From Candidatus Daviesbacteria bacterium GW2011_GWA1_41_61 (GTDB lineage Bacteria; Patescibacteriota; Microgenomatia; Daviesbacterales; UBA10151), in contig LCBT01000001.1 of the NCBI GenBank assembly GCA_000997385.1, positions 177,493 through 241,492 of the forward strand: a stretch of 64,000 bases of DNA, given 5' to 3'. A program made the translations under genes and the position numbers. Below, one piece after another: positions 29,278 through 38,080 of the stretch; the first letter of the stretch is position 1, and every line of letters begins with the position of its first letter. Below the pieces are notes generated by a model. That model made no database searches. It was given only the letters and a program-made list of their open reading frames with translations, and had not been told where the DNA came from.

Positions 29278-30145
29278 GAATTTTTGCTTCTCCTCTATAT
29301 AATCTCATTTTGACTGCTATATAAATTAACAACCTAATGATTAAAGCTTGGACAAACCCATGATAAATATTGCCACTTCTGATCTGATAATAACCGCTCC
29401 CCATGCCTTTAAAAACAAAAAAGTTAGCTAAAGTCCGCATCCCAAAAGGCAGGTGTTTGAAAAAAATACTTTTAACACTGGCTCCTATTTCATGTCTGAC
29501 TTTAGCTTCAGGACAGTAAATAATTTTGAAACCAGCTTTTTTAACCCTCCGGCAAAGATCTAAATCTTCATAGTATAAAAAGTATCTTTCATTAAAACCT
29601 TTTAGAGATTGAAAAACCTCTTTTTTGATCAGCATCGCTGCCCCATAAACAGCTTCCACTTCAACTGGAGCAGTACTTTGAGGAACATACTGCTCATAGC
29701 TACCTGATTGTCTTAAATAATATTCCTTAACAGCTCCCATTAAAGTAGGAAGTTTTCTGATTGAAGGCTGAATCTGATTAGTACCTTTAATTAGTTGGGG
29801 AGCGACTATTCCTACCTCTGGATTATTTTGGACAAACTTTAAAAGTTTAGCCAAGCTATCACCGATAATCTGAGCATCAGGATTTAAAATAAAAAGATAA
29901 TTACCACGAGCCTTGAGGCCAGCTAAATTACAAGCTTTAGCAAAGCCTAAATTCTTCTTAGACTCAGTTAATGAAACCCTTTTCCCGTATCTTTTGATAA
30001 TCTCTCTGGTTTTATCTTGAGAGTTATTATCTACCACCAAAATTTCAGCTTTTAAACTACTGGCCAGGACTGAATCTAAACACTCTTTAATAGTTTTGGC
30101 ACTATTGTAGGTCACAGTAATAACACTCACCATATCGTTAGTCAT
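29267..30145 (-). CDS. GT2 family glycosyltransferase
   Basis: VSVITVTYNSAKTIKECLDSV...ILVVDNNSQDKT and FILNPDAQI. Confidence 0.75.
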   Translation of the reverse strand: MTNDMVSVITVTYNSAKTIKECLDSVLASSLKAEILVVDNNSQDKTREIIKRYGKRVSLTESKKNLGFAKACNLAGLKARGNYLFILNPDAQIIGDSLAKLLKFVQNNPEVGIVAPQLIKGTNQIQPSIRKLPTLMGAVKEYYLRQSGSYEQYVPQSTAPVEVEAVYGAAMLIKKEVFQSLKGFNERYFLYYEDLDLCRRVKKAGFKIIYCPEAKVRHEIGASVKSIFFKHLPFGMRTLANFFVFKGMGSGYYQIRSGNIYHGFVQALIIRLLIYIAVKMRLYRGEAKIHEV

Positions 30146-30149
30146 CGTT

Positions 30150-31217
30150 TTAGATAATCTCCTTAATGCTACTTGTAAAATTTTCTTTAGAGAAAGCCTT
30201 GCTCCTAAGTTGAGCTTGCTGGGACAGATTTAACATTAGCTTTGGATCTTTAATCAGTTTTAAGGTTTGTTGCTGCAACTGCTCTAAATTATTCCATAAA
30301 AATCCCGACTTGCCATCTTCAACAATTTCCACCTGTCCCCCATGACTGATCACTACTGGAACACATCCTGCTGCCATGGCTTCGACAGTTGTAATGCCAA
30401 AATGCTCCATCTTAGCTGGATCTGTTTCCCCAAATCCTGCTGCATGCCAGTAAATACTGGAATGCCCATAAAGTTCCATTAAGTTATCAAAGGGCAAATC
30501 AGGATAAAAAAATACCGGTAGCCCCCGGGCTTGATCTTGTAACTGACGAACATAACTACTATCTCCTTCGACAGATCCAGCTAAATGTAAACTCCAGCCC
30601 TTTATCTGACCTTTTTTGAAAATATCAGCAAAAGCTTCAATCATCTCTTGGTGTTTTTTGGATCTGGTAAAACTGGTAAACCTACCAACTGATAATATAT
30701 ATTTTTTCTTCTTTAAAGACTTAATGCTGCTTATATCAACCGGAGGGTAGATCACTTGCCCTTTAAGTCCCAATTGAGGCTCAACATAACCTCTGGTAAA
30801 CTGAGAGTTATAAATAGCTAAATCCCAACTTTTAATTTTTATTTTCTGCCAGATATTTTTAGGAGTCAGATTTTGAAAAGGAACTTGGAAGTGAATAATA
30901 TTGTTTTTAGCGGTTGAGTAAAAAATACTCCCATCAGTGAGATAAAACAGGTAATTATAATTGCGCAAATATAGTAAACGTTTGAAAAAATTACTCCCCT
31001 GGCCAACCGGAGCTGGAACCAGGTGCAAATTTGAAAGATTGAGATTTAATCTTTTGGACAAATCAGTAATTAATTTTTCATAGTTTAGACTCTGAAGGTG
31101 TTTATCTAAAAGCAGATCTACCCGATGATCAGATAAAAGCGTTTGAGCAATAGTTAAAATATATCTTTCCCCACCGCCAAAACTATCAAGATAAGGAGTA
31201 TATAAAGCTATCTTCAT
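30150..31217 (-). CDS. GT4 (GT-B fold) glycosyltransferase
   Basis: FGITTVEAMAAGCVPVVISHGGQVEIVEDGKSGFL. Confidence 0.75.
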   Translation of the reverse strand: MKIALYTPYLDSFGGGERYILTIAQTLLSDHRVDLLLDKHLQSLNYEKLITDLSKRLNLNLSNLHLVPAPVGQGSNFFKRLLYLRNYNYLFYLTDGSIFYSTAKNNIIHFQVPFQNLTPKNIWQKIKIKSWDLAIYNSQFTRGYVEPQLGLKGQVIYPPVDISSIKSLKKKKYILSVGRFTSFTRSKKHQEMIEAFADIFKKGQIKGWSLHLAGSVEGDSSYVRQLQDQARGLPVFFYPDLPFDNLMELYGHSSIYWHAAGFGETDPAKMEHFGITTVEAMAAGCVPVVISHGGQVEIVEDGKSGFLWNNLEQLQQQTLKLIKDPKLMLNLSQQAQLRSKAFSKENFTSSIKEII

Positions 31218-32020
31218 TAATATTGAAAATCATTTCCCATTAATTTTTGATCTATCTCTTTATATTCCTCTTCCAGAGGTTTAGTCTGCTGCATCTCCCA
31301 GAGTCTGACATAGGTCATGTAAAAAAAGAATACTTGTAAGATAGAATCAATTATTCCTACCGTACCGCTCAAAAAACCTCTCCTTTTAATACCCTGGTGA
31401 TACAGCTCAGTTAAAAAAATCCTTAAAAAGCGCCATTTGGTCATCTTGGGGTGCTGGGTTTCTAAACGCAGCTTAGCATCAATTTTGGACCACTCTAAAC
31501 TCTTTAAAATAAAGTGGTCAATATTACGGTGAGTAAGATGTAACAAAGAATTTTTGGTGTAACCCAAGTTTCCTTCAAATGTCCCATACTCATGCACTTT
31601 CCCCACCCAGGCTTTAAATTTATCCCTTTTAAACAACCTGACCATCCAATCATCTTTATACGGACCATAATTTACCTCCTGCCCGAAGATAATATTTCTT
31701 CGACTCACAGCATAAGCTGACTTATCTCCCTTTTGAGTGATCTCCTCTACCTCTTCTCTTAATGGTTTTAAAACCCTTTCATCAGCATCCACATAAAACA
31801 CCCAGTCTCCACTTACTTTCCCCATCGCCATGTTGCGTAACTGGGCGAAATCCTGACCTTTATAAACAAAAACTTTATCAGTGTATTTTTTTACTACCTC
31901 CAAAGTTTTATCCGTTGAATCGTTATCGGCCACGATGATCTCATCAGCCCACTTGACTGACTCAAGACATGCTTTAATTCTGTCCTCTTCATTCCTAGTA
32001 AGTATAATAACAGAGATCAT
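31217..32020 (-). CDS. GT2 family glycosyltransferase (LPS-core-type subfamily)
   Basis: ISVIILTRNEEDRIKACLESVKWADEIIVADNDSTDKT and YVDADERV. Confidence 0.75.
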   Translation of the reverse strand: MISVIILTRNEEDRIKACLESVKWADEIIVADNDSTDKTLEVVKKYTDKVFVYKGQDFAQLRNMAMGKVSGDWVFYVDADERVLKPLREEVEEITQKGDKSAYAVSRRNIIFGQEVNYGPYKDDWMVRLFKRDKFKAWVGKVHEYGTFEGNLGYTKNSLLHLTHRNIDHFILKSLEWSKIDAKLRLETQHPKMTKWRFLRIFLTELYHQGIKRRGFLSGTVGIIDSILQVFFFYMTYVRLWEMQQTKPLEEEYKEIDQKLMGNDFQY

Positions 32021-32152
32021 TATTGTTTCTTTTTCGGCTCTTTTCTAAGTTTAACAGAGTTTATTTCTAATGCAAAATTTAAGGCTAACCTCCGTAGTAA
32101 TCACCATATGACCATGTTATGATAAGGTCAATACCCTCAGTATCTTGAGATT
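32021..32152. promoter_or_regulatory. divergent intergenic region (GT2 minus / YfhO-like plus)
   Basis: 132 nt AT-rich non-coding gap between divergently oriented genes. No specific boxes could be assigned with confidence. Confidence 0.3.
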
Positions 32153-34540
32153 ATGAATTCCCTCCTCAATCACAAAAACACTCTTATTGTTTTCCTTTTC
32201 TTCATCTTAACTTGCGCCTTTTTTTATCAAGTTTTCTTAGGAAAAATTCCCTTACCAGCAGATACTCTTGTTGGGGCTTACTATCCCTGGTTAGATTATA
32301 AATGGGGATTTCCCACAGGAGTACCAGTAAAAAACCCTATTTTATCTGATGTCTTTTCTCAATATTACCCTTGGAGAGATTTAGTTATCAGTATCTTTAA
32401 ACAGGGATCCATCCCTTTATGGAATCCATACTCTTTTGCTGGTACTCCCCTTCTCGCTGATTGGCAATCTGCATTTTTCTACCCACCAAATATACTGATG
32501 CTTCTCCTGGGGAATATTCGGGGATGGACAGCAATTATTATGCTGCAACCATTTTTATCCATGGTTTTCACTTACCTTTATTTACAAGAAGTTAAGTTAA
32601 ATAAGTTAGCATCCTCCTTGGGAGCAATTATCTATGCATTCTCCGGATTCTCAATCATCTTTTTAGAATACAACTCTCCTGCTCAAGCAGCCATTTGGCT
32701 GCCCTTAATTCTTTTCCTGACTGAAAAATACTTAACCCAAAAGCGGCCTCTATGGCTTGGTTTTATCTCCCTGACTATTTTCTTTCTTTTAACCGCCGGC
32801 AACTTTCAGGTTTCTTTATATTCTTTGATTTTGGTAACTTTTTACTTGGCCGTAAGGGCAATCTCCATTTACAGAAAATTAAAACCATCTCTACTTGTTT
32901 TCCTCACTGGAGAACTTTTTTACCTTCTAGGTATTGGCCTGGCAGCCCTGCAAATCTTACCCACCTTTGAGCTCTTTCAAAACTCTATCCGGCAGGGAGA
33001 TCAAAATATCGTGATGTATAACTTTGGGCTGCTCCCTTTACAAAATATTCTAACTTTTTTCGCCCCGGATTTTTTCGGCAACCCCGTAACGTACAATTTT
33101 TGGGGATTTATCTACCAAGAAACTACCGGTTATTTTGGAATTATAGCTTGGCCTTTAATTATCACTGCAGTGATGAGAAGGAAGGACTTTATAACCACAT
33201 TTTTTGGTTTCATAATTCTTATATCCCTACTGCTCATTTTTGATACAGCGATAGGAAAATTAGTCTATCAGTTAAAAATTCCTCTGCTTTCCACCAGTTA
33301 TGCTTCCCGGGCTTTATTCCTCTTAGATTTCTCCGCAGCCGTGTTAGCTGCAAAAGGTCTAAATATTTTCACAACCGCCAGAAAAACAACTTTTAAAGCA
33401 ACTTTAACGGTATGGATGATCATCACTATCTTGACTTTAGGAATTATTTTGATTACTCAGGTAATTAAACAGCAACTTCCAGGACTTGATGAAAACACTA
33501 TTCCCCATCTCTCTGTCTCTTTAAGAAACCTCTTTTTACCTCTAGGATTAATCACCATATTTTTGTTTAGTTTGAAAATGATTTCCAATATTAAAATTGT
33601 GACAGTTATTATTTTCCTGCTGGTTATTTTTGACCAATTTCGTTTCGGTCTGAAATACACCCCTTTTATCCCCCAAACTTTCTTGTATCCCCCCACCCCA
33701 GCTTTGGAGTTTCTGCAACAAAATGTAGAGTTTTTTAGAGTTGAAAGAGAGAAAAGTGAGAGTCTCCCTCCCAATACCTGGATCCCTTATCGTTTGATGT
33801 CTCCCTCAGGCTACAACCCTTTATACTCTAAGCAATATGCCGCTTTTTATAATGTCTACAATACTAACCCGCCACAAAACACTTTTACCCGCTACGCTGA
33901 ACTGAGTAACTACAACTCCCCTTTCTTAGATTTAGCCGGAGTCAAATATTTAATGTCTGTCAAGAGAAAACCCAATGGATCTATTGATAGCTACGAGGGG
34001 ACTATCTCTCCTAAAATTGGTTCTAAATTTAAAAAAGTTTTCGAAGATCAAAGCACTGTTATTTTAGAGAATACCCATGTTTTACCGAGAGCTCAGATCA
34101 TGGGGGAATATGAGGTAGAAAGCGATTACCTTAAAGCCCTGACTAAACTATATCAAGGTTATGATTTTTCCAAGAAGGTTATCCTTAGCGAGCAACCAAG
34201 TAAGGATCGCTATAAACTCACTACCGGTGATCAAGCCCAGATTGTTCATTATCTGCCTAATGAAGTTAATATCCAAACATCAACTAAAAATGGCGGCATA
34301 TTATTACTTACAGATTCCTATTATCCCGGATGGAAAGTCTCCATAAATGGGCTCCCGCAAAAATTATTCATTGCTGACGGAGTTTTTCGGGCAGTAGAGT
34401 TACCCACAGGAGAATCGCTAGTTCAGTTTAAATTTGAGCCTGGATCATTTAAATATGGGCTTTGGACTTCCCTAGCAAGCTTAATAGTACTTGTGGTAAT
34501 CATGAACTATACCGGAAAAAAACTTCGGTTTAGGGATTAA
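32153..34540 (+). CDS. YfhO-family membrane protein (GT-C-like glycosyltransferase)
   Basis: 795 aa. The N-terminus reads PLPADTLVGAYYPW...SQYYPWRDLVISIFKQGSIPLWNPYSFAGTPLLAD, which I recognise as the YfhO signature. About 13 TM helices and a large C-terminal extracytoplasmic domain. Confidence 0.55.
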   Translation: MNSLLNHKNTLIVFLFFILTCAFFYQVFLGKIPLPADTLVGAYYPWLDYKWGFPTGVPVKNPILSDVFSQYYPWRDLVISIFKQGSIPLWNPYSFAGTPLLADWQSAFFYPPNILMLLLGNIRGWTAIIMLQPFLSMVFTYLYLQEVKLNKLASSLGAIIYAFSGFSIIFLEYNSPAQAAIWLPLILFLTEKYLTQKRPLWLGFISLTIFFLLTAGNFQVSLYSLILVTFYLAVRAISIYRKLKPSLLVFLTGELFYLLGIGLAALQILPTFELFQNSIRQGDQNIVMYNFGLLPLQNILTFFAPDFFGNPVTYNFWGFIYQETTGYFGIIAWPLIITAVMRRKDFITTFFGFIILISLLLIFDTAIGKLVYQLKIPLLSTSYASRALFLLDFSAAVLAAKGLNIFTTARKTTFKATLTVWMIITILTLGIILITQVIKQQLPGLDENTIPHLSVSLRNLFLPLGLITIFLFSLKMISNIKIVTVIIFLLVIFDQFRFGLKYTPFIPQTFLYPPTPALEFLQQNVEFFRVEREKSESLPPNTWIPYRLMSPSGYNPLYSKQYAAFYNVYNTNPPQNTFTRYAELSNYNSPFLDLAGVKYLMSVKRKPNGSIDSYEGTISPKIGSKFKKVFEDQSTVILENTHVLPRAQIMGEYEVESDYLKALTKLYQGYDFSKKVILSEQPSKDRYKLTTGDQAQIVHYLPNEVNIQTSTKNGGILLLTDSYYPGWKVSINGLPQKLFIADGVFRAVELPTGESLVQFKFEPGSFKYGLWTSLASLIVLVVIMNYTGKKLRFRD

Positions 34541-34544
34541 CCCC

Positions 34545-35390
34545 TTAAAAACTTCCTTTTCCCCAATTACCCCGCAGAAAATCAATTAAAGCCAGTCTTT
34601 TGGTGGAAATAGCAATATTCCTTAAAGTTTCTCTAAAGAGCGCAAATCTCGTACGAAAGGGTAAAAATTTTGAAGCAAAAAGCATCCGGTTACGGGTGAT
34701 AAAGTAGTCTTGACGAGGAGACCCCAAACCAGTTGACTTGGCATTCTCATGGTAGATAACAGCAGTGGGTACATACATCAACTTAAATCCGGCCCTTTTA
34801 GCCCTAAAACAAAAATCACTATCCTCATAGTATAAAAAATACCTTTCATCGAATAACCCAATTTTGACAAAAATGTCACTCTTTACAAACATTGCCCCAC
34901 CGGTAACATTATCAGTTTCTTCTATCTTCTCATATTGGCCATGGTCTTCTTCATCCACTCCCCGGTGTCCCCCCAAGACATTATTTAAATCCAATGTTCC
35001 TCCGGCATACCAAATAGTTTTCTTATCAAAAAATAAAATCTTTGGACCTAAAACTCCCGCCTGATTTTCTTCTATGGCAATCACAAGTTGGGTGATGGCC
35101 TTTTTATCTATCACTGTATCCATGTTCAAAATAAAAACATACTCTGCCTCATCTTCCAGTGCCTTTTTAATCCCCACATTATTCCCCCCGCTGTAACCTA
35201 AATTATCCTTATTTTGGATAAATATAACTCCTACTACCTTCTTTATCTCTTCAGCTAAACCATCACCGGAATTATTATCTACCACAATAATTTCTAAATT
35301 TTCATAATCTGATTTTTTCACTGAATCAGCACACTTTAAGGTATTTTCCCGAGCCTTATAGTTTAAAATAACAACCGCCACCTTTTTCAT
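34545..35390 (-). CDS. GT2 family glycosyltransferase
   Basis: VAVVILNYKARENTLKCADSV...IIVVDNNSGDG and FILNMDTVI. Confidence 0.75.
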   Translation of the reverse strand: MKKVAVVILNYKARENTLKCADSVKKSDYENLEIIVVDNNSGDGLAEEIKKVVGVIFIQNKDNLGYSGGNNVGIKKALEDEAEYVFILNMDTVIDKKAITQLVIAIEENQAGVLGPKILFFDKKTIWYAGGTLDLNNVLGGHRGVDEEDHGQYEKIEETDNVTGGAMFVKSDIFVKIGLFDERYFLYYEDSDFCFRAKRAGFKLMYVPTAVIYHENAKSTGLGSPRQDYFITRNRMLFASKFLPFRTRFALFRETLRNIAISTKRLALIDFLRGNWGKGSF

Positions 35391-36286
35391 AAGAGTTTGT
35401 TACGAATTCTCTGGGCTAGATTGACCACCGGATTAGAAGAAAGATCCCCATACTTAAACCAATACTTTATTTCTTGTCCTGCTTTTTGGCTGACATTTTT
35501 CACCTCAGATAACCTTACCTCTTGCTGGGTAAACTTCTCCATCTCCCAGACTTTTAAATAAACTGTTAAAAAAGAAAATGCTTGCAGTAAACTTAAAGCC
35601 AGTCCGTGTAAGCCATCTTTAAAACCGGAGTTGGCAAAATACCGACCTAAAAACTCACTTAAAGGTTTAGTTATTAAATCAGGCCAATGAAATTTATAGC
35701 CTCCTTTTTGCAACTCTTCCGCCTGGGCACTGCTATAACGGTTCATCCTTTCTATAAATTGAGAGATACTGGTGTAATGATAATGATTTAAAGCATACTT
35801 TTCTTCATCCGGAAGTTTTAAGCCCTTACCTTCTGTCTTTGGAGGGCGGTGGATTTCATCACCCCACCTGACACTTCCTTTTTTAAAAAACCTGATGTTG
35901 TAATCTGGCCACCACATGGAATCTTGCATCCACTTACCAAAGATGATATTTTTTCTAGGAATTTCCATATATGACACTTCATCCTTTTGAACTAGATCAG
36001 TTAATTTTTCAGCCAAAGTAGAGGGAATCTCTTCATCGGGATCTAAAATTAACACCCACTCGTTTTTGGACTGAGAGATATTGAAATTTCTAGCCAACTC
36101 AACATATTTCTGGCGTTCATGATCTACTACCCTGGCCCCGCTTTTCTTGGCAATTTCTACGGTTTTATCTTCTGAGTGCATGTCACAAACTACCACCTCA
36201 TTTGCCCAAGAGGCTGATTTGACTGCCCTACTAATAGTGGTGTCATCATTTAGAGTATTTATGACCACTGAAATTTTTCCAGGCAT
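35387..36286 (-). CDS. GT2 family glycosyltransferase (LPS-core-type subfamily)
   Basis: ISVVINTLNDDTTISRAVKSASWANEVVVCDMHSEDKT and ILDPDEEIP. Confidence 0.75.
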   Translation of the reverse strand: MPGKISVVINTLNDDTTISRAVKSASWANEVVVCDMHSEDKTVEIAKKSGARVVDHERQKYVELARNFNISQSKNEWVLILDPDEEIPSTLAEKLTDLVQKDEVSYMEIPRKNIIFGKWMQDSMWWPDYNIRFFKKGSVRWGDEIHRPPKTEGKGLKLPDEEKYALNHYHYTSISQFIERMNRYSSAQAEELQKGGYKFHWPDLITKPLSEFLGRYFANSGFKDGLHGLALSLLQAFSFLTVYLKVWEMEKFTQQEVRLSEVKNVSQKAGQEIKYWFKYGDLSSNPVVNLAQRIRNKLL

Positions 36287-36355
36287 AGTTTTAATGTTAC
36301 CAAGTAGCCATTAATAAGTAAATGACTCGCTAAATTAAATCGAAAAGTTGCGTTC

Positions 36356-38080
36356 TTAAAATTCTGATGAAGCGGTTACAAAGGCTGGAAGGGCGTCTAG
36401 CCCCTTATGAAGCTGGTAATTATCTAAACTCTTTGCTTCCTCTGGTGATCCGATAAACAATACTTTTTTATTTAATCCCCCAATAAAACTTTCAATTTCA
36501 CTCTCCGGGATATGACCGATGTAAACATTATCAATCCTTTTAAATTCATACTTTCCTAATCTGTCTCTTTGCTTATTTTGAGCAATAATAATGCTCGGAT
36601 CTGTTTGGGAATAAACCGGGTAGGCGTATTCAATGTTATCAATTCTGTCCGATACTAAAACGTAATCAAAGTTGTCCTTGTTTGACATTATATATTGGGC
36701 GGCGATTTTGGCAGGAAAAGACCAAAATCTGCTTAATTCATTAGATGTTAAAAAAAATATCCTGTTAATAAAAAATGTAAATTGAATGAAAAAGATAAAT
36801 ACCACTGTCCAAAGTAAAAATTTCATTCCCTTTTCTTTCCTGTGACTTACCAAAACGTAAAGTCCTGTCGCCGAAAAGATTATCAGCGGAGGAAGCATTA
36901 AAGAGCTCCTTAATGCATGAGGTTCCAGCATCAGTGCTGCCGGGAGAGGAGCTATTAGAAGCCATCCCAAAAGTAAAATAAGTAATCGTCTATTACTTAA
37001 AGCAATAAACGCTAAACCTATTACCAACAGAACAATCTCTATTAAGTAAAGCTGCCCCATTAAAGACATATTGTGGCGGGGATTTCTATCGCCATGGATA
37101 AAAAGAAAATCTAAAGAAAAATGTGATAAATATCCTTCGCCAATCAAGAGGCTGTTTTCAATATATTTATTATGAAAAAGCGGCAAAAGGTATACCGGCA
37201 TAGAACTAACCGCTCTCTCCCCGTTTATTTTCTGCACAATCTTTTCTTGCAGTTCCTGCTGTCCAAAAATATTAATAGCTAAAAATCTCTTGTCGGATCC
37301 GGTGGTAGTAGATTGAACTGCAACCAATGAAAATCCTACTAACAAAATTAAAGCGGAAATAATTACCGGTAATAGATATTTACCCTGCAGATACTGTCTC
37401 AAATTTCCGGAAGTAAAAATTAGCACTAACAAGATTAAAGGAATTGTTAATTTATAGGTCGGATAAGTATGAACAGCGATGGAAAAACAGATTGCAAAAA
37501 TGACTAACAGCCACGGTTGGAATTTTGATTTAATGAACCCTCTCTCCGATCTAAAGATCGAAGTTTCGGGTTCTTGTCTTGCGACAATAAAAGTAAAAAT
37601 TCCTAAAACAGATAAAAACAAAGCAAAATGGGTTTCATAGCCTCCCCGGCTTAAATTTATATCCCATGGTGATAAGGCCGCAAACAAAGCGGTGATGGCA
37701 GCAACTTTTTCATCAAACCAATGTCTTGATAATAAATATAAAACTATGACAATTCCTAATCCGGAAATAATTGACAGCATCCTTACTCCTGGGGCCGAAG
37801 GCCCAAAGAGGGAGACGAAGGGGATGGAAAAATAGACGTATCCGGCAGGACGTCCCCCGCTCATTTTAAAAGTCAGAGGAAGGAAATCTCCAAGCTGATC
37901 GTGCCCTGTTTTGAGAACAGAATAAGTATCATAAACTGTCGTCAACTCGTCTCCATACAAAGCCGGAGGACTGCCGGAGATATTAACAATCCTTAAAAGA
38001 GCGGCCAAAAGTAAAATTAACCATAAATAAAGTTTAATTTGTAATATTTTTCTATTTAAAAGATTTTTAATTATTTTCAT
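36356..38080 (-). CDS. GT39/GT83-like GT-C glycosyltransferase
   Basis: 574 aa. ALYGDELTTVYDTYSVLKTGHDQLGDFLPLTFK, a DE-motif variant. The C-terminal soluble domain resembles that of the WDE paralogs. Confidence 0.6.
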   Translation of the reverse strand: MKIIKNLLNRKILQIKLYLWLILLLAALLRIVNISGSPPALYGDELTTVYDTYSVLKTGHDQLGDFLPLTFKMSGGRPAGYVYFSIPFVSLFGPSAPGVRMLSIISGLGIVIVLYLLSRHWFDEKVAAITALFAALSPWDINLSRGGYETHFALFLSVLGIFTFIVARQEPETSIFRSERGFIKSKFQPWLLVIFAICFSIAVHTYPTYKLTIPLILLVLIFTSGNLRQYLQGKYLLPVIISALILLVGFSLVAVQSTTTGSDKRFLAINIFGQQELQEKIVQKINGERAVSSMPVYLLPLFHNKYIENSLLIGEGYLSHFSLDFLFIHGDRNPRHNMSLMGQLYLIEIVLLVIGLAFIALSNRRLLILLLGWLLIAPLPAALMLEPHALRSSLMLPPLIIFSATGLYVLVSHRKEKGMKFLLWTVVFIFFIQFTFFINRIFFLTSNELSRFWSFPAKIAAQYIMSNKDNFDYVLVSDRIDNIEYAYPVYSQTDPSIIIAQNKQRDRLGKYEFKRIDNVYIGHIPESEIESFIGGLNKKVLFIGSPEEAKSLDNYQLHKGLDALPAFVTASSEF

